Of a stretch of DNA of 64,000 bases, positions 1 to 9,084 are shown in pieces; position 1 is the stretch's first letter, and every line of letters begins with the position of its first letter. The stretch spans positions 5,440,001 through 5,504,000 of the forward strand of contig OZ245842.1 in the NCBI GenBank assembly GCA_965228895.1. Reading direction: 5' to 3'. The stretch is from Alphaproteobacteria bacterium. Its GTDB lineage: Bacteria > Pseudomonadota > Alphaproteobacteria > SP197. The translations under genes were made by a program, and so were the position numbers. The notes under the pieces are model-generated. The model saw only the letters and a program-made list of their open reading frames with translations, did no database searches and was not told the DNA's origin.

Positions 1-536
1 CCGATAGCGACGGTATGAGTGCGCTCATGCGCCACGGCATTGCCGGCCTGGTCGACCTGACGCCCGATGCCTTGGCGCTGGCCGCCCATACGGTCAACGC
101 CTGGCGCCGGCTGACGCCGGGTAACTGGGCGCCGCGCACCGCTACATGGGCGATCCAGAACTATGCCGTCGCCGTGCGCGCGGTACCGGTGCCGGAAACG
201 GCGGCGAGGCTGGAGTATCGCCTGCCGGCCGCCGACACCAACCCCTATCTGGCGATTGCGCTGACGCTGGGCGCCGCGCTCGACGGCATCGAGAACGCCA
301 CGGCATTGCCTGCGCCGATGGCCGGTGGCGGGCCCGACGAGACGCCGGAGGACATGCCCGGCCTGCCCCATGATCTCTTGGAGGCTGCCGATCGTTTGGA
401 TGCCAGTCAGAAGGCGCGCGCGATCTTCGGCGATGCCTTCATCGACTACTTCGTCGCCAGCCGCCGCCGTGAAGAGGCGGTGCTGCGTCGCCATGTCAGC
501 GCATTCGAACGCGCGCGTTACATTGAGGCCGTTTGA
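1..536 (+). CDS. Glutamine synthetase-like gamma-glutamyl ligase, C-terminal part (5' end outside window)
   Basis: Frame is open from the window edge. GS C-terminal motifs VNAWRRL, RLEYRLP, NPYLA and the ...ERARY end. Confidence 0.85.
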   Translation, partial: DSDGMSALMRHGIAGLVDLTPDALALAAHTVNAWRRLTPGNWAPRTATWAIQNYAVAVRAVPVPETAARLEYRLPAADTNPYLAIALTLGAALDGIENATALPAPMAGGGPDETPEDMPGLPHDLLEAADRLDASQKARAIFGDAFIDYFVASRRREEAVLRRHVSAFERARYIEAV

Positions 537-555
537 ATGCTCAGGAGACGATCAC

Positions 556-2022
556 GTGCTTGAAGTCGATGCCTATGCCCAGGCTCCCGGGCGGGATGAG
601 TTGATCGCCGAAGTCCGCGCCAAGATCAACGAGCTCGGGATCGATTTCATCTACTATCAGTATATCTCGATCACCGGTCGCATCATGGGCAAGGCAGCCC
701 CCGCGCCGCACTGGGAAGCGATGGCCATGAGCGGCATCCAGACCTGGTATGGCGGCGTGACGAATGTGTTTCCCAACCGTGCCGGCGAACTGCTGGGTTT
801 TCCATCGAATGCCCACGAGCTGATCGCGATCCCCGATCCCGACACCTTTTGTCAGTTGCCCTGGAACAAGCGTACGGCGCGTGTCTATTGCACGGTGTTT
901 TATGGCCGCCAGCAGGAAGGCAACCCCGGCGGTTTCATGGAAGAGGACGCGCGCGGCAATCTGCGCCGCGTCCACCAGCAGTTCATGGACGACCACGACG
1001 GCATGCATCTGCGCCACGGTTGCGAGCCCGAGATGTGCTGGCTGAAAAAGGGCGAGGACGGCATGCCCGACGGCGGGCCGACCAAACCCTATGCCTATCA
1101 CATCGACCAGTTCGAAGAACTGAGCTCGGTCTATATGAAGGTCATCGACTACGGCCAGCAGATGGGTCTCGACATGATCCAGGGCGATCACGAGGACGCG
1201 CCGGGTCAGCTTGAGCTCAACTTCATGTTCGACGACGCGCTTCGGACCTGCGACCGGTTGACCACCTACCGGCAGATTTGCGCCCAGGTCGCGCGCGAGG
1301 AGGGTCTGATCGCCTGCTTCCTGGCCAAGACCTTCATGGGCATGCCGGCCAATGGTTGCCATCACAACATGTCCCTGTGGCGCGGCGGCGATGACGAACT
1401 GGTGGCCCGTGTCGACGAGCCGCTGCCGGGCGTAAAGGATGTCTTCCATCACCGCAAGGGCGGCGAGAACCTGCTGCTTGGCGAGCCCGGTGACTGGATG
1501 CCCGGACCGGTCGGCCGCCAGGCCATCGGCGGCATGATGGCGCATCTGCCGGCACTGACCGCGATCGGCGCGTCGACGGTGAATTCCTACCGTCGGATGC
1601 TGGACCTCGGCATGTGGGCGCCGGTCTATGCCGACTGGGGTTACCAGAACCGCACGACCTCGCTGCGCGTTTCCGCGCCCGGCCGGTTCGAGTTCCGCGC
1701 CGTCGACTCCATGGTCAATCCGTATTTGATGGCCGCTGCGCTTCTGAAGTCGTTCGACGACGGCATCCGAAACGACATCGACCCCGGCGAGCCGGAACAC
1801 CGCAACATCTATGACGCCATGGAAGCCGGCAAGGAGGTCAAGCGCCTGCCGCGCTATTTCGGCGAAGCGCTCGACGCGCTGGCCGCCGATGAGGTGATCA
1901 AGTCGGCGCTGCCCGGCCGGCTTTACGAGATCTATATGGAGTACAAGACTGACGAGTGGGACAGGTTCAACGCCGAAGTCAGCGAATGGGACCTGAAAAC
2001 GTACCTGGACTGCCTGCCTTAG
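556..2022 (+). CDS. Glutamine synthetase family protein (probable gamma-glutamyl-amine ligase)
   Basis: Motifs GRIMGK, CEPE, HEDAPGQLE, GCHHNMS, NRTTSLR, FEFR, NPYL. Start moved to GTG 556, behind CAGGAGA at 542-548. Confidence 0.9.
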   Translation: MLEVDAYAQAPGRDELIAEVRAKINELGIDFIYYQYISITGRIMGKAAPAPHWEAMAMSGIQTWYGGVTNVFPNRAGELLGFPSNAHELIAIPDPDTFCQLPWNKRTARVYCTVFYGRQQEGNPGGFMEEDARGNLRRVHQQFMDDHDGMHLRHGCEPEMCWLKKGEDGMPDGGPTKPYAYHIDQFEELSSVYMKVIDYGQQMGLDMIQGDHEDAPGQLELNFMFDDALRTCDRLTTYRQICAQVAREEGLIACFLAKTFMGMPANGCHHNMSLWRGGDDELVARVDEPLPGVKDVFHHRKGGENLLLGEPGDWMPGPVGRQAIGGMMAHLPALTAIGASTVNSYRRMLDLGMWAPVYADWGYQNRTTSLRVSAPGRFEFRAVDSMVNPYLMAAALLKSFDDGIRNDIDPGEPEHRNIYDAMEAGKEVKRLPRYFGEALDALAADEVIKSALPGRLYEIYMEYKTDEWDRFNAEVSEWDLKTYLDCLP

Positions 2023-2158
2023 AGCGGGTCGTGGTTATGTGGAACCGGTTGACGGTTCCACATAACCACGTGAATCCGCTCTCACTCTATGAGTAGGGCA
2101 GATTCACCTTTCTTGACGGAATCGCGAAGCGATTCCATCAAAGCAGGATCTGCCCTAG
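2019..2158. repeat. 140-bp double-hairpin palindromic element, family 1, full copy
   Basis: Two long inverted repeats bounded by (C/T)TAG. Its reverse complement aligns without gaps to 59458-59597 (about 79% identity by manual count). Confidence 0.9.
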
Positions 2159-2178
2159 AGGCGTGACGGAGACCCCTG

Positions 2179-3042
2179 ATGATTGAGCTTAGCCAAGAAC
2201 AAATCGACCGTTTCAACGACGACGGATTCCTGTTCGTCGACAACCTGATCGATGAAGAAACCGCTGAAGAGATCAAGCAGCACTATGAGCTGATGTTCCG
2301 TGGCAACTTCGAAACGGGCATTCGGCCGGACGAGGTGAATTGGCAGGAGAGCACCGGCGATCCCAGCCTGACACGTCAGATCTGCAATGGCTGGAAAGGC
2401 GATCGCGCCATCGCCCGCGTTGTCTTGCGCGAGGATATCGGCCGTGCCTGTGCGACCCTCGGCGGTTGGCCGGGCGCGCGCATCAAGGTCGACAACGTCT
2501 TGTGGAAGCCGCCGGGCACGCGCCCGCTTGGCATGCACCAGGACTCCGCCTATCTCGCCTGGATCAATCCCTCCGACATGATCAGCTGCTGGATCGCGCT
2601 TGATGACACCAGCTCGGAGAGCGGCACCATGGAACTGGTCCGCGGCAGCCACAAGTGGCGCCATGCCAAGCCGGAGGGAGAGTTTCACGGTCCCGAGGAC
2701 TACCAGAAATACATGCGTCAGGCGGCAGCGGCAGAGGGTATTGATGAACCGGACGTCGTGCCGGTTGTCGCCAAGAAAGGCGGCGGTTCGTTCCATCACG
2801 GCTGGACGTGGCATGGGTCCGGTTTCAACCGTGCGACTTATCCGCGGCGGTCACTGGTCTCACACTGCATCTCGTCGGACGCCGAGTATGTACCGGAAAA
2901 CATTGGAACCGGTACTGGTCCGATGTACGGCCGTTACATGCATCGCGGTGATCGCGTGATGGAGGAAGACTACTTCCCGATCCTGTGGACACGCGACGGC
3001 CACCGCTCGGCCTGGATCGACGGCTGGCTTGGCGCTGCCTGA
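2179..3042 (+). CDS. Phytanoyl-CoA dioxygenase (PhyH) family Fe(II)/2OG oxygenase
   Basis: F..DGFL N-terminus, KPPG, HQD, WIALDD, RGSH, WHGS and RRSL motifs. Confidence 0.9.
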   Translation: MIELSQEQIDRFNDDGFLFVDNLIDEETAEEIKQHYELMFRGNFETGIRPDEVNWQESTGDPSLTRQICNGWKGDRAIARVVLREDIGRACATLGGWPGARIKVDNVLWKPPGTRPLGMHQDSAYLAWINPSDMISCWIALDDTSSESGTMELVRGSHKWRHAKPEGEFHGPEDYQKYMRQAAAAEGIDEPDVVPVVAKKGGGSFHHGWTWHGSGFNRATYPRRSLVSHCISSDAEYVPENIGTGTGPMYGRYMHRGDRVMEEDYFPILWTRDGHRSAWIDGWLGAA

Positions 3043-3045
3043 ACG

Positions 3046-4242
3046 ATGACGCAGCGCGCCGATCACGATAACCGGTACACGCTGTTCGACAGCGTGCCGA
3101 TGATGTGTGACGTGATCGGTGCCGACGGACGCTTGCTGGCGGCCAACCGCTACCAGACGGATGCCTTAGGCTATGCGCCGGGGACACTGGACGGTATGCC
3201 GCTCGCCAACGTTTATGCCGCTTCGGCGGCGGACCTCCTTCAACGCCAGCTTGAGGATGCGGCGGCGGGCGATCTGGGCAACGAGGAAGGCGTGCCGCTG
3301 CAGCTTCGTTGCCGTAACCGCTCGCTGGTCAACGTCTTGGCCAACATTGCACGGGACCGCAACGCGATGGGCGCGCCGTTGCTGAGGCTCGCCAAGTCGC
3401 GGCCGAACGAAACGACTCTGCGTGCTGAATCGATGGCGCGTGAGAACACCGTGCTGCGCGGCATTGTCGGAACCGCAAGCGATGCCTGCTGGTGCATCGA
3501 ATACGCCGAGCCGCTTGATCTGAGCGCGCCGGAATCGGAGGTTTTGCGCCAGTTCTTCGAGAACGTTTCTTATTGGCGGCTGTGCAACGAGGCGATGGCA
3601 AAGCTCTACAAGCTTCCCGCCGACCTCGACTTCAACGAGCAGAGCGTTCGTTTCTATTTTCCGCACAGCCCGGCCAACGAGGAGTTCGTCAAGAACCTCA
3701 TTGCAGCCAACTTCAACCTCGACAACGCCTTGTCGGTCGACCAGCGCCATGACGGTACTGCCATGTATGTCGAGAACGACGTGCGCGCCCATATTCGCGA
3801 CAGCAAGCTTTACCGGTTGTGGGGAACGGCGCGCGATATCTCCGGCTACAAGCGTAAGGAGCACGAGCTGACGCGTCGGGTCGACGACATGGTCGATGTG
3901 CTGAGCGCCGTGCCCGATCCCATTCTGGTGTTGGACGGCGACGGCCGGCTTGAGGCCGCGAACCCGGCGCTTGAGGCGGCACTTGGCTGGTCGATCGACG
4001 CCGCGTTGGGTACGGGAATCGATGACATCATCACCTTTGACGGCGGGTTCATGGCCGTCGCCGGCAGGCTTAACACCGGCACCGACGGTTTGCGCCTGCA
4101 GGTCGCGGTCACCGATACCGCCGGCGTCTCGCGCGCCTGTGACGTGACCCTGACACGGATTGACGAAGGCGGCACCGCGCCGCGCTACGTCGCGACGTTG
4201 CACGGTCTTGAGACCAATCTCGCCGTAGCGGGTGGATCATGA
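3046..4242 (+). CDS. Multi-PAS-domain protein with no recognisable output domain
   Basis: PAS-like repeats (DSVP..DADGRLLAAN, LCNEAMAKLY..WGTARDIS, AVPDPILVLDGDGRLEAAN). No His-kinase or GGDEF motif seen. Confidence 0.75.
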   Translation: MTQRADHDNRYTLFDSVPMMCDVIGADGRLLAANRYQTDALGYAPGTLDGMPLANVYAASAADLLQRQLEDAAAGDLGNEEGVPLQLRCRNRSLVNVLANIARDRNAMGAPLLRLAKSRPNETTLRAESMARENTVLRGIVGTASDACWCIEYAEPLDLSAPESEVLRQFFENVSYWRLCNEAMAKLYKLPADLDFNEQSVRFYFPHSPANEEFVKNLIAANFNLDNALSVDQRHDGTAMYVENDVRAHIRDSKLYRLWGTARDISGYKRKEHELTRRVDDMVDVLSAVPDPILVLDGDGRLEAANPALEAALGWSIDAALGTGIDDIITFDGGFMAVAGRLNTGTDGLRLQVAVTDTAGVSRACDVTLTRIDEGGTAPRYVATLHGLETNLAVAGGS

Positions 4243-5684
4243 GATTTCGCGCGCTCGAGATAGGCCATACGCCGGACGGCGCGCCACCGGCCGAGCTGCT
4301 GGCTGCGCTCGCCGAACCGGCGGTCGGGGCTATCGCCGATGCGATGCCGGATGCGCTGATGGCTGTCGATGGTGCCGGCATTGTCGTGCTCGCCAATCGC
4401 GCGGCTGAAAGCGTCCACGGTTTGAAACGTGCCGATCTGATGGGAAGCAGTCTGGCCGAATTGGCTGAGACCAGCGCGCTCGACTGTACGGAACTGGTCG
4501 ACACCTTTCATAACAACACCCGCGCTGACCTCTACGCGACGACGGCGGATGGTCGCGCCATGCTGATATCGGTCAGGCCGGTCCGCGACCGCCGGCGCGA
4601 CACGGTCTTTACGTTGTTTGTCATGCGTGATCTCGACGTCATCGATCACCAGCGCAACGCCGGTGCGCCGCGGCCGGGCCAGGAGCGTTTTCGGTTCCGC
4701 AACACCAAACCGACGGATGCGACCCCGGTCGATCACATGGTGACCAGTGCTGAGCTGGAAGCTGTTATTGCTTATGGCGAGCGCGCGATGGCGCGCCGCG
4801 CGCGTGTTCTGCTGACTGGCGAGTCCGGCACCGGCAAGACTGAGATCGCCAAACACCTGCACAGCCTTGTTTGCGGCGATGCCCGGCCGTTCGTCCACGT
4901 TAACTGTGGCAGCATTCCCGAGAGCCTGTTCGAATCGGAGATGTTCGGCTACGAACGCGGTTCGTTCACCGGCGCGCTGCAGGGTGGCAAGAAGGGTCTG
5001 ATCGAGAACGCCGGCGGCGGCACGCTGTTCCTCGATGAGGTCGGCGAGATCCCGTTGATGAGCCAGGCCAAGCTCCTGAACTTCCTGGAGGACGGAACGG
5101 TACAGCGTATCGGCGCGGCGACCGCCAAGCGGGTCGATGTGCGCGTCATCGCCGCGACGAACCGCGACCTCGACCTGATGGTCGACGAAGGCCGTTTCCG
5201 CCGCGATCTCTATTTCCGTCTCAGCGTGATCGCCCTCGACGTGCCGCCGCTAAGAGGCTCCCGCGATCTGATCGCCAATCTGCTCGATCTCTTCGTGTCA
5301 CGCGTCAACAAGCAGCGCATGCCGCCGCTCCACCTCGATGATGCTTGCCGCGCGGCGTTGCTCGCACACGACTATCCCGGCAACATTCGCGAACTCGCGA
5401 ACATTGTCGAACACCTCTCCGTCGTGGCCGAGGGGGACGCGAGCCCGGCCGATCTGCCGCCATCGGTCACCGACAAAGAGATTGCCAGTTTTGTTGATCC
5501 GACTCGTGCGGGAACACCTCATGGTTTCCCGAACATTTCGCTGAAAGAGGAAGTCAGGGCCTACGAAACGCAACTTATCGGCGAAGCGATCAGGGTTCTC
5601 GGCAGCAAACGCAAGGCCGCGCGTGCATTGGGTGTCGATATCGGTACCGTGGTGCGCAAGACGCGGCGAGGATCCGGGCGTTGA
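4239..5684 (+). CDS. Sigma54-dependent transcriptional activator (PAS-AAA+-Fis HTH)
   Basis: GESGTGKT, ESEMFGYERGSFTGA, LFLDEVGE, FRRDLYFRL, YPGNIREL and a C-terminal HTH. ATGA overlap with the upstream gene. Confidence 0.95.
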   Translation: MRFRALEIGHTPDGAPPAELLAALAEPAVGAIADAMPDALMAVDGAGIVVLANRAAESVHGLKRADLMGSSLAELAETSALDCTELVDTFHNNTRADLYATTADGRAMLISVRPVRDRRRDTVFTLFVMRDLDVIDHQRNAGAPRPGQERFRFRNTKPTDATPVDHMVTSAELEAVIAYGERAMARRARVLLTGESGTGKTEIAKHLHSLVCGDARPFVHVNCGSIPESLFESEMFGYERGSFTGALQGGKKGLIENAGGGTLFLDEVGEIPLMSQAKLLNFLEDGTVQRIGAATAKRVDVRVIAATNRDLDLMVDEGRFRRDLYFRLSVIALDVPPLRGSRDLIANLLDLFVSRVNKQRMPPLHLDDACRAALLAHDYPGNIRELANIVEHLSVVAEGDASPADLPPSVTDKEIASFVDPTRAGTPHGFPNISLKEEVRAYETQLIGEAIRVLGSKRKAARALGVDIGTVVRKTRRGSGR

Positions 5685-5895
5685 TACGCCATGGGTACGT
5701 GATGACTGGCGGCCGGTTGCGGCCGCCGTTCCGGGTCGTTGGCGCCCCGGCCGCTACTGAGCTGCGGACAACGCGTCATTTCAACGCCGCCCGTTCGGCG
5801 CTACAAGTAACCAATCCGGTGCAAGGCGGGGAACGCACCGGGCTTGACGGTCAACGCCGTTGGGCAACGACCAACATCCGCTAAGGAGGCTTTTC

Positions 5896-6966
5896 ATGAG
5901 GAACCTTTTATCAACTGTCGGCACCGCCGTCGCGGCGGCCTCGATTGCGCTGACCGGCCTGCCAATCAGCAATGCCTGGGCCGAAGGCGAACTGAACGTC
6001 TTGACCTGGGAAGGCTACACCGATCCCAGCTTTGTCGCGATTTTCGAGGATAAGACCGGCTGCAAGGTGACACCGACCTATGTCGGCTCGAACGACGAGT
6101 ATCCCGCGAAACTTGCGGGCGGCGGCGGCGTCTACGACCTCGTCTCGCCTTCGGTCGACACGACGACGATCTTGAGGAAGATGGGCGTCGTCGAGGAGAT
6201 CGACCTGTCGCGACTGGACGGTTTCGACAAGGTTTACGAGAACTTCCGCGACCATCCCGGCGTGACAAACGAAGGCGCGGTCTATGGCGTTCCGTTCACC
6301 TGGGGTTCGATTCCGTTCATGTACCGCGTCGACAGCTTCGATACGCCGCCGACGGCGTTTGCCGATCTGTTCGATCCTGGCCTCGAGGGCAAGGTCAGCT
6401 TGTGGGACGACAAGACCAACATCTATGTCGCTGCGCGCATGATGTTCGGCCCGGATGTCGATGTCTTCAATCTGAACGAAGACCAGCTTGCCCAGGTTCG
6501 CGACAAGCTGATCGAGATGAAGCCGCAGATCCGCAAGTACTGGTCGACGGCGGGTGAACTGGTCAACCTCTATGCCAATGGCGAGGTCACCGTCTCCAAC
6601 ACCTGGGGCGGTTATCAGTCAGCATTGTTGGCCGAGCAGGGCATCGAGATGGTCGAGTTCATTCCGACCGAGAATGCCGATGGTTGGGCCGACGCCTGGC
6701 AGATCGTCAAGGGCACGCCGAACGAAGATTGCGCCTACCAGTGGCTCAACTTTTCGCTCAGCGCGGATGGCCAGTGCGGCGTAGTCGGTATCACCGGCTA
6801 CTCCGGCTCCAATCCGGAGGCGCTCAAGACGTGCCTGACGGACGAAGAGTTTGCCGCGCTGCACCAGGACGATTTCGACTACATCAACTCGCTTGCCCTG
6901 TGGCAGGAGCCGGGTGATGTGGGCGCCTATATCGCCACCTGGAACGCGATCAAAGCGGCTCAGTAA
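5896..6966 (+). CDS. Polyamine-type ABC transporter substrate-binding protein (PotD/PotF family)
   Basis: AAGGAGG RBS, signal peptide, LNVLTWEGY, YDLVSPS, YGVPFTWG motifs. Confidence 0.9.
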   Translation: MRNLLSTVGTAVAAASIALTGLPISNAWAEGELNVLTWEGYTDPSFVAIFEDKTGCKVTPTYVGSNDEYPAKLAGGGGVYDLVSPSVDTTTILRKMGVVEEIDLSRLDGFDKVYENFRDHPGVTNEGAVYGVPFTWGSIPFMYRVDSFDTPPTAFADLFDPGLEGKVSLWDDKTNIYVAARMMFGPDVDVFNLNEDQLAQVRDKLIEMKPQIRKYWSTAGELVNLYANGEVTVSNTWGGYQSALLAEQGIEMVEFIPTENADGWADAWQIVKGTPNEDCAYQWLNFSLSADGQCGVVGITGYSGSNPEALKTCLTDEEFAALHQDDFDYINSLALWQEPGDVGAYIATWNAIKAAQ

Positions 6967-6982
6967 CCGTCTGTTGTGTAGG

Positions 6983-7010
6983 CGGGGTCCGGTGATTGGG
7001 CCGGACCCCG
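6983..7010 (+). terminator. GC-rich hairpin after the binding-protein gene (mRNA stabiliser or partial terminator)
   Basis: CGGGGTCCGG-N8-CCGGACCCCG perfect 10-bp stem, no U-tract. Confidence 0.5.
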
Positions 7011-7080
7011 TTCCGACCAGACCCATTTGGATTTGCTGCGCTGGGCATTCTTGGGAGCGCGCACCGAACATGCGGAAGCG

Positions 7081-8208
7081 ATGGCAAACATTCTTGAACT
7101 GATCAATGTGACCAAGACGTTTCGCGGCGGCGTCGTCGCGGTCGACGATATCTCGCTGGATATCCCCGAAGGCGAGTTCCTGACCATGCTTGGGCCTTCG
7201 GGCTGCGGCAAGACCACGACGCTGCGCATGGTCGGCGGGTTCGAATACCCGGATTCCGGCTCGATCATGCTCGACGGCCGCGATGTCACGGACGACCCGC
7301 CGTTCCGACGGCCGGTCAACATGATGTTTCAGGACTTCGCGCTGTTCCCGCACATGTCGGTGACCGATAACATCGGCTACGGCTTGAAGATTGCGGGCGC
7401 GCCCAGAAACGAGATTCAAGACAAGGTTACGCGCATGCTCGACCTGATCGAAATGCCGCAGATGGCCGGCCGTCTGCCGGCGCAATTGTCGATCGGCCAG
7501 CGCCAGCGTGTTGCCATGGCGCGCGCGCTGATCCGCGAACCGCGCATTCTGCTGCTCGACGAGCCGATGTCGGCCTTGGACGCCAAGCTGAAAGAAGCGA
7601 TGCAGATCGAGCTGCGTCATATCCATGATCGCATCGGCATCACGTTCATCATGGTCACCCACGACCAGAACGAAGCAATGATCATGTCCGACCGCATCAT
7701 GGTGATGCATGCCGGCCGGATCGAGCAGGTCGGTACGCCGACTGAGCTCTATGATTATCCCGCGACGGCCTATGTGGCGGAGTTCCTGGGTACGTCGAAC
7801 ATGCTGAAGGCAGCCGTCACCCGTGACGGTGACGGCGTCGTCGCGCAGGCAGGGGCGATTACAGTAAAGATTCCCGGCGCGTCACCCGGTATCGGCGACG
7901 GCGCGACGAAGACGCTGTTCATCCGCCCTGAAAAAATACGGCTTGTCGCCGGATCGGCGCCCGAGGGCGCGGTCACGTTCGATGGCGTCGTGCGTGAGAT
8001 GTTTTTCAGTGGCAACGCGGTTCGTCTCGATCTGGACATCGGCGCCGATCGATTGGTGATGGTGCATCACCAGCTCGACACCGGTCTGTCGCAGGCCGGG
8101 TTGCCGGTGGCGGGCGAGACGGTGACGTGTGCTATCAGACCCGATATCGTCGGCCTGTTCGACACCGCCGAGGTGGCGGCCGTCGAGGCCGAGGAGGCGG
8201 CGGCATGA
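7081..8208 (+). CDS. Polyamine ABC transporter ATP-binding protein (PotA family)
   Basis: GPSGCGKTT, LSIGQRQR, LLLDEP, VTHDQ and a TOBE-like C-terminus. Confidence 0.95.
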   Translation: MANILELINVTKTFRGGVVAVDDISLDIPEGEFLTMLGPSGCGKTTTLRMVGGFEYPDSGSIMLDGRDVTDDPPFRRPVNMMFQDFALFPHMSVTDNIGYGLKIAGAPRNEIQDKVTRMLDLIEMPQMAGRLPAQLSIGQRQRVAMARALIREPRILLLDEPMSALDAKLKEAMQIELRHIHDRIGITFIMVTHDQNEAMIMSDRIMVMHAGRIEQVGTPTELYDYPATAYVAEFLGTSNMLKAAVTRDGDGVVAQAGAITVKIPGASPGIGDGATKTLFIRPEKIRLVAGSAPEGAVTFDGVVREMFFSGNAVRLDLDIGADRLVMVHHQLDTGLSQAGLPVAGETVTCAIRPDIVGLFDTAEVAAVEAEEAAA

Positions 8209-9074
8209 ACCATCGCCTCAGACGCATGGTCGGGTTCTGGGCGCTGTTCTCCGGGCCGGCGCTGTGGTGGGGCCTGGTCTTGCTGGTGCCCTACCTGATG
8301 ATGCTGGCGATCAGCTTCTACACCCAGCAGTTCCCGTTCCACGTGCCGGACTTCCAGCTTGGTAACTATCTGACATTACTGGGTGATTCTCAATACTACG
8401 GGGTCCTCGGCCGCAGCGTGAAGGTGGCGCTCTTCGTGTCGGTGGCGGCGTTCTGCCTGAGTTATCCGCTGGCCTATTTCCTGGCTTTCAAGGTCCAGTC
8501 CAGCCGGCTGCGCATGTTCCTCTATATCGCGACCATCGTGCCGCTATGGGTGAGCTATCTGCTGCGCGCCTATACCTGGAAGACCATCCTGGGTTCGGAA
8601 GGCATCTTGAACTCGTTCCTGATGTGGCTTGGCATCATCGACCAGCCGAGCACCATCTTTCTCTATAACGAGTTCGCGATGGTCATCACCATGGCCTATA
8701 TCTTCACGCCCTTCATGGTGATGCCGATCTATGCATCACTGGAGAAGATCCCGCGCAGCCTGATGGAGGCATCAAAGGATTTGGGTGCTGGGCGTTGGAA
8801 GACGTTCATGAAGATCACCCTGCCGTTGACCATGCCGGGCATCTTGGCGGGCTTTACGTTCACGTTCGGGCTGTCGGTCGGCGACTTCATTTCGCCGATT
8901 CTGGTCGGCGGCCCTTACTCCAACATGATCGCCAATGTCGTCGCCAGTCAGTTCGGCATCTCGATGAACTGGCCGCTCGGTGCGGCGCTTTCCGTCGTGC
9001 TGTTGTTCATCGTACTCGGCATCATCACCGCCTCCGACAAGCTTGAGCGTGTCGGCCGGCTGAATATGGGTTAG
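8205..9074 (+). CDS. Polyamine ABC transporter permease (PotB family)
   Basis: Hydrophobic, PLWVSYLLRAY, EAS.DLGA loop. ATGA overlap with the ATPase gene. Confidence 0.9.
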   Translation: MNHRLRRMVGFWALFSGPALWWGLVLLVPYLMMLAISFYTQQFPFHVPDFQLGNYLTLLGDSQYYGVLGRSVKVALFVSVAAFCLSYPLAYFLAFKVQSSRLRMFLYIATIVPLWVSYLLRAYTWKTILGSEGILNSFLMWLGIIDQPSTIFLYNEFAMVITMAYIFTPFMVMPIYASLEKIPRSLMEASKDLGAGRWKTFMKITLPLTMPGILAGFTFTFGLSVGDFISPILVGGPYSNMIANVVASQFGISMNWPLGAALSVVLLFIVLGIITASDKLERVGRLNMG

Positions 9075-9084
9075 GGGGAGCAAG

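Noticed and set aside
325-555. N-terminal extension of the second GS ORF
   Set aside because: It overlaps the upstream GS gene out of frame, and a good RBS precedes GTG 556.
556-2022. Calling this glnA or gmaS
   Set aside because: It lacks the GSI DGSS loop and adenylylation context and the GmaS FAGFA motif, so the substrate cannot be assigned.
2019-2158. CRISPR array, tRNA or riboswitch interpretation of the repeats
   Set aside because: Copies are dispersed in both orientations, with no repeat-spacer periodicity, no cas genes, no cloverleaf and no aptamer consensus I recognise.
5726-5756. Possible sigma54 -24/-12 promoter upstream of the binding-protein gene
   Set aside because: TGGCGGCCGGTTGC has 9 rather than 10 nt between GG and GC. 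The GG-N10-GC at 5741-5754 lacks the TTGC context.
5815-5871. Hairpins in the leader of the transporter operon as a riboswitch
   Set aside because: Only short stems (CCGGTGC/GCACCGG) that are likely by chance at this GC content, with no known aptamer motif.
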